64,000 nucleotides of DNA from Ostreococcus lucimarinus. Taxonomy: Eukaryota. Every line of letters begins with the position of its first letter. The first letter of the stretch is position 1. Where the stretch lies: NCBI GenBank assembly GCA_000092065.1, contig CP000597.1. One strand, 5' to 3'. This document shows, piece after piece, positions 19,481 through 29,866 of this stretch. Below the pieces are notes generated by a model. That model searched no databases, was not told the origin of the DNA, and worked only from the letters and a program-made list of their open reading frames with translations. The translations under genes and the position numbers were made by a program.

Positions 19481-21787
19481 TCATTGGCCCGCGCGCTCGT
19501 CGCGAGCGGCGGCTTCTTCAGCCTTCATCTTGGCGATCTTCCTCGACATGCCGAGAGTTTTGACGAGCGCCGGCGGGGCGTTGACCGGAGCGCCGTTGTT
19601 GTCGTCGCAGTCCTTGCAGTAGCAGAGCAAGATGGTGTCGATACCGAGTTCGACGATGGACATGAAGACGTTCGCGATGATGAAGGCAAACAAGACGACG
19701 ACGATGACGATGAAGAGCGGGGAAGAAACCTTTTCGTCACCGTAGTTGAACGTGTCGGCGTCGAGCATCAAGAAGGCGATCGTACCAGAGCCCAAGGCGA
19801 CGACCAGCTTGCCGAGGACGAGCATGATGTCGCCGACGATGTTGACTGTGGCGACGGCCGCGACGTTCTTCACCATGAGCGCCAAGGCGTTCCAGGCAGA
19901 GTTGCAGAAGGACGTGCCTTCGATGGCGGTCATGATGTACGCGTTGCGGTTCAACCACTCGATCGTCTTTTGCAAGTACCACAAGCAGTATTCCACGTAG
20001 TACCCGACGTACTTGATAATCTTGCTGTCCTTGGACAACTTTTTCATGCGGTGCACGATGAAGCGCACGATGAGTCGAATGAACTGCAACAAGGCGACGA
20101 AGAAAGAACCGACGGCGGCGGTACCGGTGTGGTACCACATCATCCTTTTGGTCGAGGTGATAATCGGTTTGTTCTTAAGGCCGTTGTAGTTACCGCCCTT
20201 GAAGTAGTACTGCACAAAGACGCACGCGATGATCAAGTAGCACATGGCGACGATCCACTGCGAGCCCCAGAGGAAGCCAAAGACGTAGTACGCGAGAGCG
20301 CCTTGCAAGTTGCGGTCCCAGACGGTCGCGTAACCGCAGTGGCAGTCATCAGTCGGCGTCGTCGAAGGAGTGGCGCAGTACATGTACGGCGGTTCGCCCG
20401 CCGCCAAGGTGCAATCTTGTTGCTTGACTTCACCCGCCGCGAACAAGTAGACGAAGGTGATGAGCCAGTAGACGAAGAGCAACACCATGGCAACGGCGGG
20501 CAAGATCGGGAACAGAGTCAACTGCGGCATCTTTCCGAGAGCACCCGTGGCAACCTTGATGACGCCGACGGCAACCTTGACGCGACGGAGCATCAACAAG
20601 GTGAAGAGGAAAATGACGCAGGTGAGCGCCGTCGAGATGTACGCGAAAATCTTGAGCGTGTCTTGACCGCTCTCAGCCGGATCGGCGTAGTTGGTGATAG
20701 AAGCCGACGCACTATCGGAAACCTTGCTCACGTACGCGTTGACTTGATCGGAACCGATGACACCGGCCTTGAGGTACAAGTAAATGGTGACCACGACGGC
20801 GAGCGCGTTCACCGAGAAGAGCGTGGTGTACGCGAAGACGCTGGTGAAGTATCGGAGGAAGAACAAGAAGGCGATGCTCAAAACGATCGGACAGGCGCCA
20901 CCGGCGACGACGACAACCTTCCAACCAGTGGTGAAGTCATCGATGTAGCGTTCCACCGTGGCGAGCGGACCAGAGAGCGCCTTGTCGATTTCGTCGCCGA
21001 GCAACTTGGTGTAAGTCCCCAAATTGCCGGAGCTGTAACCGGTGCCGAAAGGATCGACGTACGGACGTACTCCTACTGTCTCGGGCTCCTCGCGTTCCGC
21101 CTTCGTTTCTCCTTGCGAATCGCCGTCACCAAAGAGTTGGCAAGTGTAGAACGTGTTGACGCTCTCGTAGAGCACGGGGTAGCACGGCCCCATCCACTTG
21201 AGCGAGGACGTTTTTTGGGGGCCGCTCAAGTACTGGTAGTAGTCGTAGTTGTCCGCCACCCATTGATTCTTGTCGTAGTTCGGTTGGGACGCGATAGTGA
21301 CGTCTTCGGGGTAATCGCACACAAACGCAACCGAGCTGGCCGTCATTGTCGGCTTCGGGCATTCCTTCAAGCAAATGCTCTTCGCGTCGCGCAAGTTGTA
21401 CTTACGCGTCGCGCTCGCCGATTGATCGGTGTGCACACCCGCCGCCCAAGCGAGTTCGCCCGGGTTCATGAAATACCGCGTCTTGAACCCATCGTTCTTC
21501 CCTTGATCGCAAACTTCGCCGCGGTAATCGGTGCCGAAGAGCAAAATCTTCGGTTTCCCCGTGCCGACGCCGTAAAAGCCCAGCACGAGCATCGCGATCC
21601 AAAACGCGATGAAAACGATCAGAAACAAAATATCCGTGCATTTTCGCGGTCCTTTCATGTGTTGATCCAACTCATCCTTATCGCTGTGCGTCGAATCGTC
21701 GCGCGCGTTCGCGTCGTCAGTCGCGCGTTCGTCGCCACCTGGCGCCGCGTCTCCTCCCTCCTCCCCCCTCCCTCCATTCTCACCCAT
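19481..21787 (-). CDS. Choline transporter-like protein (CTL/SLC44 family)
   Basis: N-terminal GPRKCTDILFLIVF motif, multiple TM helices, and the conserved C-terminal block (WYHTGTAAVGSFFVALLQFIRL ... NAYIMTAIEGTSFCNSAWNA ... VATVNIVGDIMLVLGKL). Candidate starts are ATG 21787 (acidic low-complexity N-terminus) or ATG 21658 (MKGPRKCTD). A branch-like GCGACTGACGACG plus CACAG lies between them. Confidence 0.8.
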   Translation of the reverse strand: MGENGGRGEEGGDAAPGGDERATDDANARDDSTHSDKDELDQHMKGPRKCTDILFLIVFIAFWIAMLVLGFYGVGTGKPKILLFGTDYRGEVCDQGKNDGFKTRYFMNPGELAWAAGVHTDQSASATRKYNLRDAKSICLKECPKPTMTASSVAFVCDYPEDVTIASQPNYDKNQWVADNYDYYQYLSGPQKTSSLKWMGPCYPVLYESVNTFYTCQLFGDGDSQGETKAEREEPETVGVRPYVDPFGTGYSSGNLGTYTKLLGDEIDKALSGPLATVERYIDDFTTGWKVVVVAGGACPIVLSIAFLFFLRYFTSVFAYTTLFSVNALAVVVTIYLYLKAGVIGSDQVNAYVSKVSDSASASITNYADPAESGQDTLKIFAYISTALTCVIFLFTLLMLRRVKVAVGVIKVATGALGKMPQLTLFPILPAVAMVLLFVYWLITFVYLFAAGEVKQQDCTLAAGEPPYMYCATPSTTPTDDCHCGYATVWDRNLQGALAYYVFGFLWGSQWIVAMCYLIIACVFVQYYFKGGNYNGLKNKPIITSTKRMMWYHTGTAAVGSFFVALLQFIRLIVRFIVHRMKKLSKDSKIIKYVGYYVEYCLWYLQKTIEWLNRNAYIMTAIEGTSFCNSAWNALALMVKNVAAVATVNIVGDIMLVLGKLVVALGSGTIAFLMLDADTFNYGDEKVSSPLFIVIVVVLFAFIIANVFMSIVELGIDTILLCYCKDCDDNNGAPVNAPPALVKTLGMSRKIAKMKAEEAAARDERAGQ

Positions 21788-22455
21788 CGCGCGCGTCCGC
21801 GTCCGCGCCTCGTCCGCGCGCGATCGCGTCTCCATCGTCCTCGCGCGCGTCTCCATCGCCGCGCGTCCGATCCGCGCCGCCCGCGCGTCCGCGCGCGCGA
21901 CTCCCCGGACGATTCGATGCACGAATTTCGCGACGATTCTCAACGATCGTCGCCGCTCGCGCGCCTCTCGCGCGCCTCTCGCGCGTTCGCGCGCGCGTTC
22001 GCGCGCATCGCGCGAGCGCGCGTCCGTCGCCCGCGTCGCACGCGTCGCGCGCACCTCATGACGACCGTGATCGCGCGTCGCGCGCGTGTGCGGGCGCGCG
22101 CGACGACGCGCGTCGCCCGCGGCCCCGCGCTGTCGCGCGATCACGCGTTCGAGCGCCGAAAACGCCCATGTAAAACGACGAGGCGCGCGCGAACATAAAC
22201 GGTCGGTCGCCGTCGCGCGACGCCGCACGCGCGAGTCGTAAAAATTCAATTGGAAATTGTACAAATGTTATACGCGTTCGAGCGCGAAGAACGCCCGCGT
22301 AAAACGACGAGGCGCGCGTCGGCGTCGCGTCGGCACTCGGCGACGGTCGACGACGACGGCGCGCGCGATGGGCGACGGCGACGCGCGCGCGAGCGACGGC
22401 GCGATGGACGACGCGGTGCGCGGCGCGCGCGCGCGATCGGTGGTGCGGTGCGTGC

Positions 22456-22457
<2 letters not shown>

Positions 22458-22524
<67 letters not shown>
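22458..22524. repeat. (GAC)n microsatellite, about 21 units with one interruption
   Basis: gacgacgac... run in the divergent region upstream of the ABCA gene. It is possibly intronic, lying between a GTGCGTG donor-like site at 22447 and the ACTGAC/CGCGCAG module at 22609-22646. Confidence 0.85.
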
Positions 22525-22525
<1 letters not shown>

Positions 22526-22671
22526 AAACGACGCGACGCGACGTTTGACGAGGCGAAACGACGCGACGATGGCGGCGCGCGCGGGCGCGGCGCGCGCGAG
22601 ACGGTGGGACTGACGACGACGCGAAACGACGCGGCGACGCGCGCAGACGAGGGCGACAGTTTCGCGCGCTG

Positions 22672-25600
22672 ATGCGGAAAAATTACCTGCTGAAGACGAA
22701 GGGCGTGCTGCGGTGCTGCACGCTGTGCGAGATCTTGGTGCCGGTGATTTTCTTGGGGCTCATGTGCCTGCCGAAGGCGTTGGTGCCGGATTCGAGGACG
22801 AACGATGAGCTGTCGAGGCCGTACGCGCTCGCGGGGGGGATCGAGAGCGTGAACCAGAGGACGCCGAGGGGGTTTCGGTTCGTGGTGGCGCCGGCGAGCG
22901 CGGAGACGCTGGAGCTCGGACGGCGAGCGTACGTGCACGCGATGTGCTTGAGCGAGCGGTCGATCGCGAAGGATAGGAGCTATGCGAACGATTTTGAGGA
23001 CGGGAAAAAGAATTTGTTGAATTTGATGGATGATCAGGTGCAGGCGTCGTCGAACGTCGCGACGGGGGTCAAATCGGCGTTCGCCGCGCTGTCGTACGAC
23101 GTCACGGCGATGCCCGCGGCGTGTTCGGATGCGTGCCTGCAGGACTCGTCGTGCGTGACGAGTACGTGGGACGCTATTTTAGACGAAGTCGTCGTGACCA
23201 AGGCGGATGAAGCCGCGGCGATGGCGTACGTCGCCAGTCGTCCCGGGGAAGTTTTCGCGTACGCGCGTTTTGATTCGGGAGGTAACGTCGCGAGCACGCG
23301 CGCGTTCGCGTACACGCTGCGCTTGAATTCGACGAACGTTGCGAACGAGGACAAGGCGGTGGCGGCGTTCATGGAGGACGACTTTACCGGGAGATGGGAC
23401 AGCGCGTACAACACAGATGATTGGGCAAAGTACAAGTCGTTTGCGTATGCGCAAAACGCGTTCGACGCGGCGATCATCGACATGAAGGACGGAGGCAGTG
23501 CGTATAGCGTGACGTTAGACACATCTCTCAAGCCATTTCCTTGGTTGGGGTTCGACTACAACGTCGGTGGCGTCATCGCCGCAGCCTTTTACGGCTTCGT
23601 CGGCTCGCTCGCGTTTCAAACCAACGTCGTCCTCGTCATGAAATCCATCGTCGTTGAGAAGGAATTGCGATTGCGAGAAGGGATGAAGATGATGGGTATG
23701 TCAAACACGATGTTCTGGTGGTCTTGGTTCTTCACGCACTGGCTTTCGGCGATGATTTCCGTCGTCTTGATCACGTTGGTCGGGATTTACCCGTTTTCGT
23801 ACACGAATCAATTCATTCAATTCATCTTTTACACGTTTTGGGTGGCGTCTTTAACGCTTTGGAACTTTTGGATCTCGACATTCTTTTCCAAATCGATCAC
23901 CGCCACCATAGTCGGCTGTTTCGCATACGTCCTCACCATGGTTCCTTCCATCGCGGTCCGCATCACGCAGCCCGAGGGCAGCGGCGCTTGGATCTTAGCG
24001 TGCATATTTCCATCCGGGGCGATGAACATGTGGGGCGCGGCGCTGGCTATTCTGGAGGTGAATAAGAAGGGTATCACGATGGAGACATTCAACGAAGACG
24101 TAACGCTCAAGGGGAACGTCACGTGCGCTGGTATCTTAGGCATGGTGATTTTCGATTGCTTATTTTACGCGTTTCTCACCTTTTACTTCGACGCCGTGTG
24201 GAAAACCGAATACGGCACGCGCCAGCCTCCTTGGTTTCTATTCACGCGTAAGTACTGGTGCGGTGACGCGTCGAAGGTCATCGATGATGAAACGCTTGGA
24301 ATGCACGAGCAAGAGTCTGGGGACGCCGTCGAGCCGCTCACGAAGCAACAGATGAAGTCAGCCAGCGTCGTCGTTCGCGGTTTGACGAAGAAGTTTGGCG
24401 ACGAAGTCACTGCGGTGGATAATTTGAGTATGACCTTTGTTCCTGGCCAAGTGAGTGGATTACTTGGTCACAATGGTGCTGGTAAAACGACGACGATTAG
24501 TGTTCTCACGGGTATGATTGAACGGACCTCTGGTCGAGCGACTATTGACGGGTACGACACCAAAACCCAGATGCGAGAAATTCGCGCCGGTCTCGGTATC
24601 TGCCCTCAATTCGACGTCCTTTGGCCGACACTCACGGTGCGCGAACATTTACAATTATACGCCGCATTTGCGGGTATGCAAAAAGAGGATGTAGAACGAG
24701 AACTCAAGCAAGTCGTGGAAGAGGTTGCGCTGACGGAGAAGATTGACGCGAACTCGAAGGATCTATCGGGTGGGATGAAGCGTAAGCTCTCGCTCGCTAT
24801 TGCGTTTATCGGCAGTCCGTCCGTAGTGTTTCTCGACGAACCAACGTCTGGGATGGACCCTTACTCGCGACGATTCACGTGGGACGTCATTCGCAAACGA
24901 GCCGCCAACTGCACAGTCTTGCTCACGACGCACTTTTTGGACGAGGCTGATTTGCTGTGCGATCGAGTCGCCATCATGAGCGCTGGTCATCTTGCATGCA
25001 TCGGTTCGCCACTATTCCTCAAGTCTAAATTCGGCACTGGTTATCTGCTCACGTTTGCGCGTCATAGTCGCGCGTCATCGACGCAAATCGCGTCGATGAC
25101 GCAGCACAACTCGAACGCCATGCTGCGAGTGATTCAACACTTCGTACCCAAAGCCGTTGTTCACAGCGACGTCGGCGCCGAGCTATCGTTTTCTTTACCA
25201 TTCGAGTCTACCGGCGACTTTTCTGCGTTATTCAAGGCTCTCGATGAGCAGATCGGGAATTTAGGGTACGCAAGTTACGGCATCTCGTGCACCACGCTCG
25301 AGGAGGTATTTCTATCTCTCGCACATGGGGTGAAGGCGGCGTCCACGGCGCAATCGAAAGGCAAGGTTGTGGACTTAGACGCACCCGTGGAAGAAGCCGA
25401 CGAATGTGAAGACCTCGATGCAAAATTGGTCGCTGGCAACCGCAAGGACATTCGCCAAACCTACGCGAAGGGTGGTGCCTTACTCAGAATCCAACTCAAA
25501 CGCTTGCTCTGGAAGCGTTGGCTCAATTGGCGTCGCAGCATGCGGTCGATATTCATGCAACTTCTCGTACCTTGTTTGCTCGTCGTGCTCGCGCTTTATT

Positions 25601-28113
25601 TGACCACGTTGAGTTTTGAACCTGGGAGCACGATTTCGGCGAAAGAAATCAGTCGAAAGCTACTCAATAACAAGAAGACCCTCGTGACGTACTCCCCTTC
25701 GGCGACTGAGGCGGTCGCCGTCACGACGAACTTGATGACAGACACTTACGCGTTACGCTCTCAGTATCAACCCGAGATTTCGTGTATGTGCAACTGCTTA
25801 GCGAAAGATCAAACGATCACGATGTCTGCCATGACGTGTTGCGCGTATAACAGAACCATTGAGTCAACGTGTCGAGTAGCGGCATTGGCACGTCTTGCGG
25901 GCGGGACGTATTGCGTCAAGTCTCCAAAAGGCTACGATGTACAAAGAGACATCGTTTCTATGGGGCTATCGTGCTCGTCCATGATAGATGACAGTATCGA
26001 TAGTTACTTACTAGACGTCCAAGAGCCATCGGTGCCTTGTGACATGCAACCGACGGGATCGCCGTGCGACGTCTTGTACGTTGACGAGTACGACGGCACG
26101 CGCTATAGTCACACGCTGTACGGACATCAAACAGCCTTACACGGTATGCCGACCGTCATCAACAACGTGAATAGTGCTATTTTGCGCAAGCGCACGTCCG
26201 ATTCTAGTGCGAGCATCACGACTACGATTCACTGGTATCCGAGCGCGGTGAATACACTGAAGGAAGGAGACATCGAAGAGCCGGACAACTCTGGAACTAC
26301 GTTCATCGTTTCCATGTTCGTCGTCATGGGGCTCGCTGTTCTCAGTGCTGGGATTTCAATCTTTCCAGTGTACGAACGATGCAATAACTCCAAACACTTA
26401 CAGCTCGTGAGTGGAATCGATAAACGAATTTATTGGCTGGCGCACTACGTCGCAGACGCCATACAGCTCGTTATTCCGTTCGCCGTCATCGTCGTCATTT
26501 TTGCCGGTTTCAATGCGTCTTACTTCCAAGGTCAACTCGGGGCGATCACTGTTTTGTTGGGTTTTTTCATGTTGACCTCTATTCCACACGCGCATTATCA
26601 AGGATTTTGGTACACTAGCGAATACTACACCTTTGTTGGGCAAATCGGAACAAACACCACCGTTGGCGTGATCACCACCATCGCCGGTATCGTCACCGAT
26701 GCCCTGAAAGACTTGAATAAAGAGACGTTGTTGGTGAGCAAAATCTTCAATTACACGTTTCCGCTCATCATTCCGCACTTTAGTTTCGGGAAAGGTCTAT
26801 ACGACATCGCACAAAATGGTTTGGACAAGACGCGGAAAATTTTCCGCGAGGATTGCATGTGCCTCGTCCCCGTCGTACCAAAGGGTTCTTTCAACGTCAT
26901 CGCCGACGATTTGGGCTATTTGATCGGAACATTTTTCATGTGGAGCGCTTTGTTGTTTTACAAAGAGTATAAAGAGATTTTCGCAAGTTGGATACTGATG
27001 AAACGTGGAAACTCGCAAGAGGTATCGCCGAGCGTCGACGAAGATGAAGACGTGCGAGCCGAGCGCGAACGCGTGCTCTCAGGAGACATCGACGGTGATG
27101 GCGTCATCATGGACCGCTTATCCAAGACGTACAAAGGCTTGTCAGCGAGTTCTACAAAGCTCGCCGTTCGAAATCTCAGCGTGGGTCTACATCGCGATCA
27201 ATGCTTTGGTTTGCTCGGCATCAACGGCGCGGGAAAGACGACGACATTCAAGATGCTCACGGGCGAGTTCCCACCATCTGCGGGTGACGCGATCATTCAA
27301 GATCGAGACGGTGCGTCTCACAGTGTGCGTACTGATCTTAACGACGCGCGACGATTGATGGGATATTGTCCTCAGTTCAACGGCTTGCAACCAAACTTTA
27401 CCGCACGCGAGCACATTGAATTCTACGCCGCCATTCGCGGAATGCCGACGGAGATGATTCCGCGCGTGACGGAAGATCTGCTGCAGCGTATGGGTTTGAC
27501 TTTGTATGCCGATAGACAAGCTGGAACATACAGTGGAGGCAACAAGCGTAAGCTTTCTGTCGCGTTGTCGCTCGTCGGCGAACCAGAAGTCGTCTTCTTG
27601 GATGAACCATCAACTGGTATGGATCCCGAAGCGAGACGGTTCATGTGGGACGTGATCTCGTCCATGATGGTTGGACGCACGATTGTTCTCACATCGCACT
27701 CTATGGAGGAGTGTGAGGCACTCTGTAATCGCATCGGTATCATGGTGAGTGGCGAGTTCAAGTGTCTTGGCTCCTTGCAGCACTTGAAGTCGCGCTTTAG
27801 TGAAGGATACTCCATCGATCTGCGCTTTTCCGACGGAAAAGGAAACGCCGTTATGGAAGCGCTACGAGCCAAACACGGAGACATTGGAGCGGAGATAGTA
27901 GAAACACACGCCACAGAAATTAAACTTCGCGTGATGAATCCCGAAATGAAACTTTGGCGTATTTTTGACGCCGTCGAAGCTTTGAAGCAGTCGGACGACG
28001 ACGGCGCAAGAATTGACGACTACTCCGTGTCGCAGACGACTTTAGAGCAGGTCTTCATCCGATTTGCAAAGGAGCAAACCGAGGAGATACACGCGGCACC
28101 GGGATTACAGTAG
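22672..28113 (+). CDS. Full-size ABC transporter, ABCA subfamily (two TMD-NBD halves)
   Basis: 1813-aa intronless ORF with ATG at 22672. N-terminal ABCA-type TM1 and large extracytoplasmic loop; two NBDs with Walker A (GHNGAGKTT / GINGAGKTT), signature LSGGMKRKLS / YSGGNKRKLS and Walker B (VVFLDEP). Confidence 0.9.
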   Translation: MRKNYLLKTKGVLRCCTLCEILVPVIFLGLMCLPKALVPDSRTNDELSRPYALAGGIESVNQRTPRGFRFVVAPASAETLELGRRAYVHAMCLSERSIAKDRSYANDFEDGKKNLLNLMDDQVQASSNVATGVKSAFAALSYDVTAMPAACSDACLQDSSCVTSTWDAILDEVVVTKADEAAAMAYVASRPGEVFAYARFDSGGNVASTRAFAYTLRLNSTNVANEDKAVAAFMEDDFTGRWDSAYNTDDWAKYKSFAYAQNAFDAAIIDMKDGGSAYSVTLDTSLKPFPWLGFDYNVGGVIAAAFYGFVGSLAFQTNVVLVMKSIVVEKELRLREGMKMMGMSNTMFWWSWFFTHWLSAMISVVLITLVGIYPFSYTNQFIQFIFYTFWVASLTLWNFWISTFFSKSITATIVGCFAYVLTMVPSIAVRITQPEGSGAWILACIFPSGAMNMWGAALAILEVNKKGITMETFNEDVTLKGNVTCAGILGMVIFDCLFYAFLTFYFDAVWKTEYGTRQPPWFLFTRKYWCGDASKVIDDETLGMHEQESGDAVEPLTKQQMKSASVVVRGLTKKFGDEVTAVDNLSMTFVPGQVSGLLGHNGAGKTTTISVLTGMIERTSGRATIDGYDTKTQMREIRAGLGICPQFDVLWPTLTVREHLQLYAAFAGMQKEDVERELKQVVEEVALTEKIDANSKDLSGGMKRKLSLAIAFIGSPSVVFLDEPTSGMDPYSRRFTWDVIRKRAANCTVLLTTHFLDEADLLCDRVAIMSAGHLACIGSPLFLKSKFGTGYLLTFARHSRASSTQIASMTQHNSNAMLRVIQHFVPKAVVHSDVGAELSFSLPFESTGDFSALFKALDEQIGNLGYASYGISCTTLEEVFLSLAHGVKAASTAQSKGKVVDLDAPVEEADECEDLDAKLVAGNRKDIRQTYAKGGALLRIQLKRLLWKRWLNWRRSMRSIFMQLLVPCLLVVLALYLTTLSFEPGSTISAKEISRKLLNNKKTLVTYSPSATEAVAVTTNLMTDTYALRSQYQPEISCMCNCLAKDQTITMSAMTCCAYNRTIESTCRVAALARLAGGTYCVKSPKGYDVQRDIVSMGLSCSSMIDDSIDSYLLDVQEPSVPCDMQPTGSPCDVLYVDEYDGTRYSHTLYGHQTALHGMPTVINNVNSAILRKRTSDSSASITTTIHWYPSAVNTLKEGDIEEPDNSGTTFIVSMFVVMGLAVLSAGISIFPVYERCNNSKHLQLVSGIDKRIYWLAHYVADAIQLVIPFAVIVVIFAGFNASYFQGQLGAITVLLGFFMLTSIPHAHYQGFWYTSEYYTFVGQIGTNTTVGVITTIAGIVTDALKDLNKETLLVSKIFNYTFPLIIPHFSFGKGLYDIAQNGLDKTRKIFREDCMCLVPVVPKGSFNVIADDLGYLIGTFFMWSALLFYKEYKEIFASWILMKRGNSQEVSPSVDEDEDVRAERERVLSGDIDGDGVIMDRLSKTYKGLSASSTKLAVRNLSVGLHRDQCFGLLGINGAGKTTTFKMLTGEFPPSAGDAIIQDRDGASHSVRTDLNDARRLMGYCPQFNGLQPNFTAREHIEFYAAIRGMPTEMIPRVTEDLLQRMGLTLYADRQAGTYSGGNKRKLSVALSLVGEPEVVFLDEPSTGMDPEARRFMWDVISSMMVGRTIVLTSHSMEECEALCNRIGIMVSGEFKCLGSLQHLKSRFSEGYSIDLRFSDGKGNAVMEALRAKHGDIGAEIVETHATEIKLRVMNPEMKLWRIFDAVEALKQSDDDGARIDDYSVSQTTLEQVFIRFAKEQTEEIHAAPGLQ

Positions 28114-28146
28114 ATATTGTACAGTATATTGCAACGAAATAAATCG

Positions 28147-29793
28147 CTACCCAGACGCCGCAGGCGTCTCCAAGCAAACACCTCTGGCGTCGAGCTTTCT
28201 CGCGCGCGTCATGGACGCGGGGTGCAGCAACGCGTTGATTTCCGCCACCGTTGCGTAAGTCGCAGCTATTTCAGCGACAGGTCGCCCGGTGGCCAACGCC
28301 TCTTTCGCCACCGCCGAAGATTTTTTGTATCCAATCAACGGCAAGAGAGCAGTGACGATGCCGATGGAGTTTTCGACGGATTTCTTGCACACTTCCTCGT
28401 TCGCCGTGATGCCGTCGATACACTTCACGCGGAGAGTGTTAAGTCCACGCTCCATCATATCCATATTATTCAATAAATTGTAAACGATCAACGGTTCAAA
28501 AACGTTCAACTGCAACTGCGCCGCCTCCGACGCGTGGGCAATCGAAGCGTCTGTGCCCATGATTTGAAAACACACCTGGTTCATCACTTCTGGGATGACG
28601 GGATTGATTTTACCTGGCATGATAGAGCTTCCAGGGGCAACTGCAGGAAGATTGATTTCATTAAACCCACATCGCGGGCCGCTGGACAGCAACCGCAAAT
28701 CGTTGCAGATTTTTGAAATCTTCACGGCGACGCGGCGCAAGATGTTAGAAAACAACAGAAAACTCGACGTCGAGCTCGATGCCTCAATAAAATCTTGCGG
28801 TGAGCGTAACGGAAGTCCGGTGAGCTCCGATAATGCCGCCACAGCCTCCTCAGAAAACGCCTCGTCGGCGCAAATCGAAGTCCCGATCGCGGTGCCGCCG
28901 AGATTCATCTCATACATTTGGTCGACGTTTCGTTCCAGAAACGTCAAATCCGCCTCTAGCGTCGCCGCAAACGAGTGAAATTCTTGACCCAGCGTCATTG
29001 GTACCGCATCTTGAAGCTGTGTGCGTCCCATCTTGATTATTCCTTGAAACTCGTCACCCTTCGCGCGCAAACTGACGATCATCTTTTTCAACGCCTCGAC
29101 GACGATGCCGTGCTTCAACACTACCGCGAGTTTTGCGGCGCTCGGGTACGCATCGTTCGTGCTTTGACACAAATTTACGTGATCATTCGGATTTACCACG
29201 CTGTACTCGCCGATGGGCACCCCCAAAAACCGCGCCGCCAAATTCGCGATCACCTCGTTCGCGTTCATATTCGTCGACGTCCCGGCGCCGCCCTGAATGA
29301 CGTCCACCGCGAAGTGATGATGATGTTCCTCCGAATCGATCAGCTCATCGCACGCGAACGATATAGCGCGATACACATCATCCGGCAGCAGCCCTATCTT
29401 CCGATTCGCCACCGCGCACGCCTTCTTCGTCAACGCCAGCGCTCGTATGAATTCCGGGTACTTTCTCAGCGTCGTCCCCGTGATGTGATAATTTTCCATC
29501 GCCCGCGCCGTGGCGATCCCGTACAGCGCCTCCGACGGTATTTCCATCGACCCGAGCAAATCGCTCTCCGTGCGGTGCGTTTTCACGTGCTCGAACCGCA
29601 CCGAGGCGTACGCGCGACGTCGTAACGCTTTTTCCCCATCTTGTCCCGCCAAGTGCCCAGCGGTCGTTACGCCGCTCCACGGCGCCTCATCGCGACGCGC
29701 GCCCTCGAGCGCGCGTCCGCGGCGCAGCATAAATATCGCGCTTTCATCGCGCGCCAGCGCGCGCAGCGCTCGCGCGCTCGAGCGCGCGAACAT
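28147..29793 (-). CDS. aspA: Aspartate ammonia-lyase (aspartase, AspA-type member of the fumarase/aspartase class II family) with N-terminal organellar-type extension
   Basis: Closer to AspA than to FumC: QGGAGTSTNMNANEVIAN, NPNDHVNLCQSTNDAYP, IIKMGRTQLQDAVPMTLGQEF, KISKICNDLRLLSSGPRCGFNEINLP and GSSIMPGKINPVIPEVMNQVCFQIMG (AspA has NPVVPEV; FumC has NPTQCEA). First ATG at 29793; the tool ORF starts at a TTG at 29811. Confidence 0.8.
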   Translation of the reverse strand: MFARSSARALRALARDESAIFMLRRGRALEGARRDEAPWSGVTTAGHLAGQDGEKALRRRAYASVRFEHVKTHRTESDLLGSMEIPSEALYGIATARAMENYHITGTTLRKYPEFIRALALTKKACAVANRKIGLLPDDVYRAISFACDELIDSEEHHHHFAVDVIQGGAGTSTNMNANEVIANLAARFLGVPIGEYSVVNPNDHVNLCQSTNDAYPSAAKLAVVLKHGIVVEALKKMIVSLRAKGDEFQGIIKMGRTQLQDAVPMTLGQEFHSFAATLEADLTFLERNVDQMYEMNLGGTAIGTSICADEAFSEEAVAALSELTGLPLRSPQDFIEASSSTSSFLLFSNILRRVAVKISKICNDLRLLSSGPRCGFNEINLPAVAPGSSIMPGKINPVIPEVMNQVCFQIMGTDASIAHASEAAQLQLNVFEPLIVYNLLNNMDMMERGLNTLRVKCIDGITANEEVCKKSVENSIGIVTALLPLIGYKKSSAVAKEALATGRPVAEIAATYATVAEINALLHPASMTRARKLDARGVCLETPAASG

Positions 29794-29866
29794 TTCGATC
29801 GCGCGTCGCAAAGTCGCGAATTCCGCGCCCGCGCCACGTCAGCACATCACACGCCGACGCCGACCG

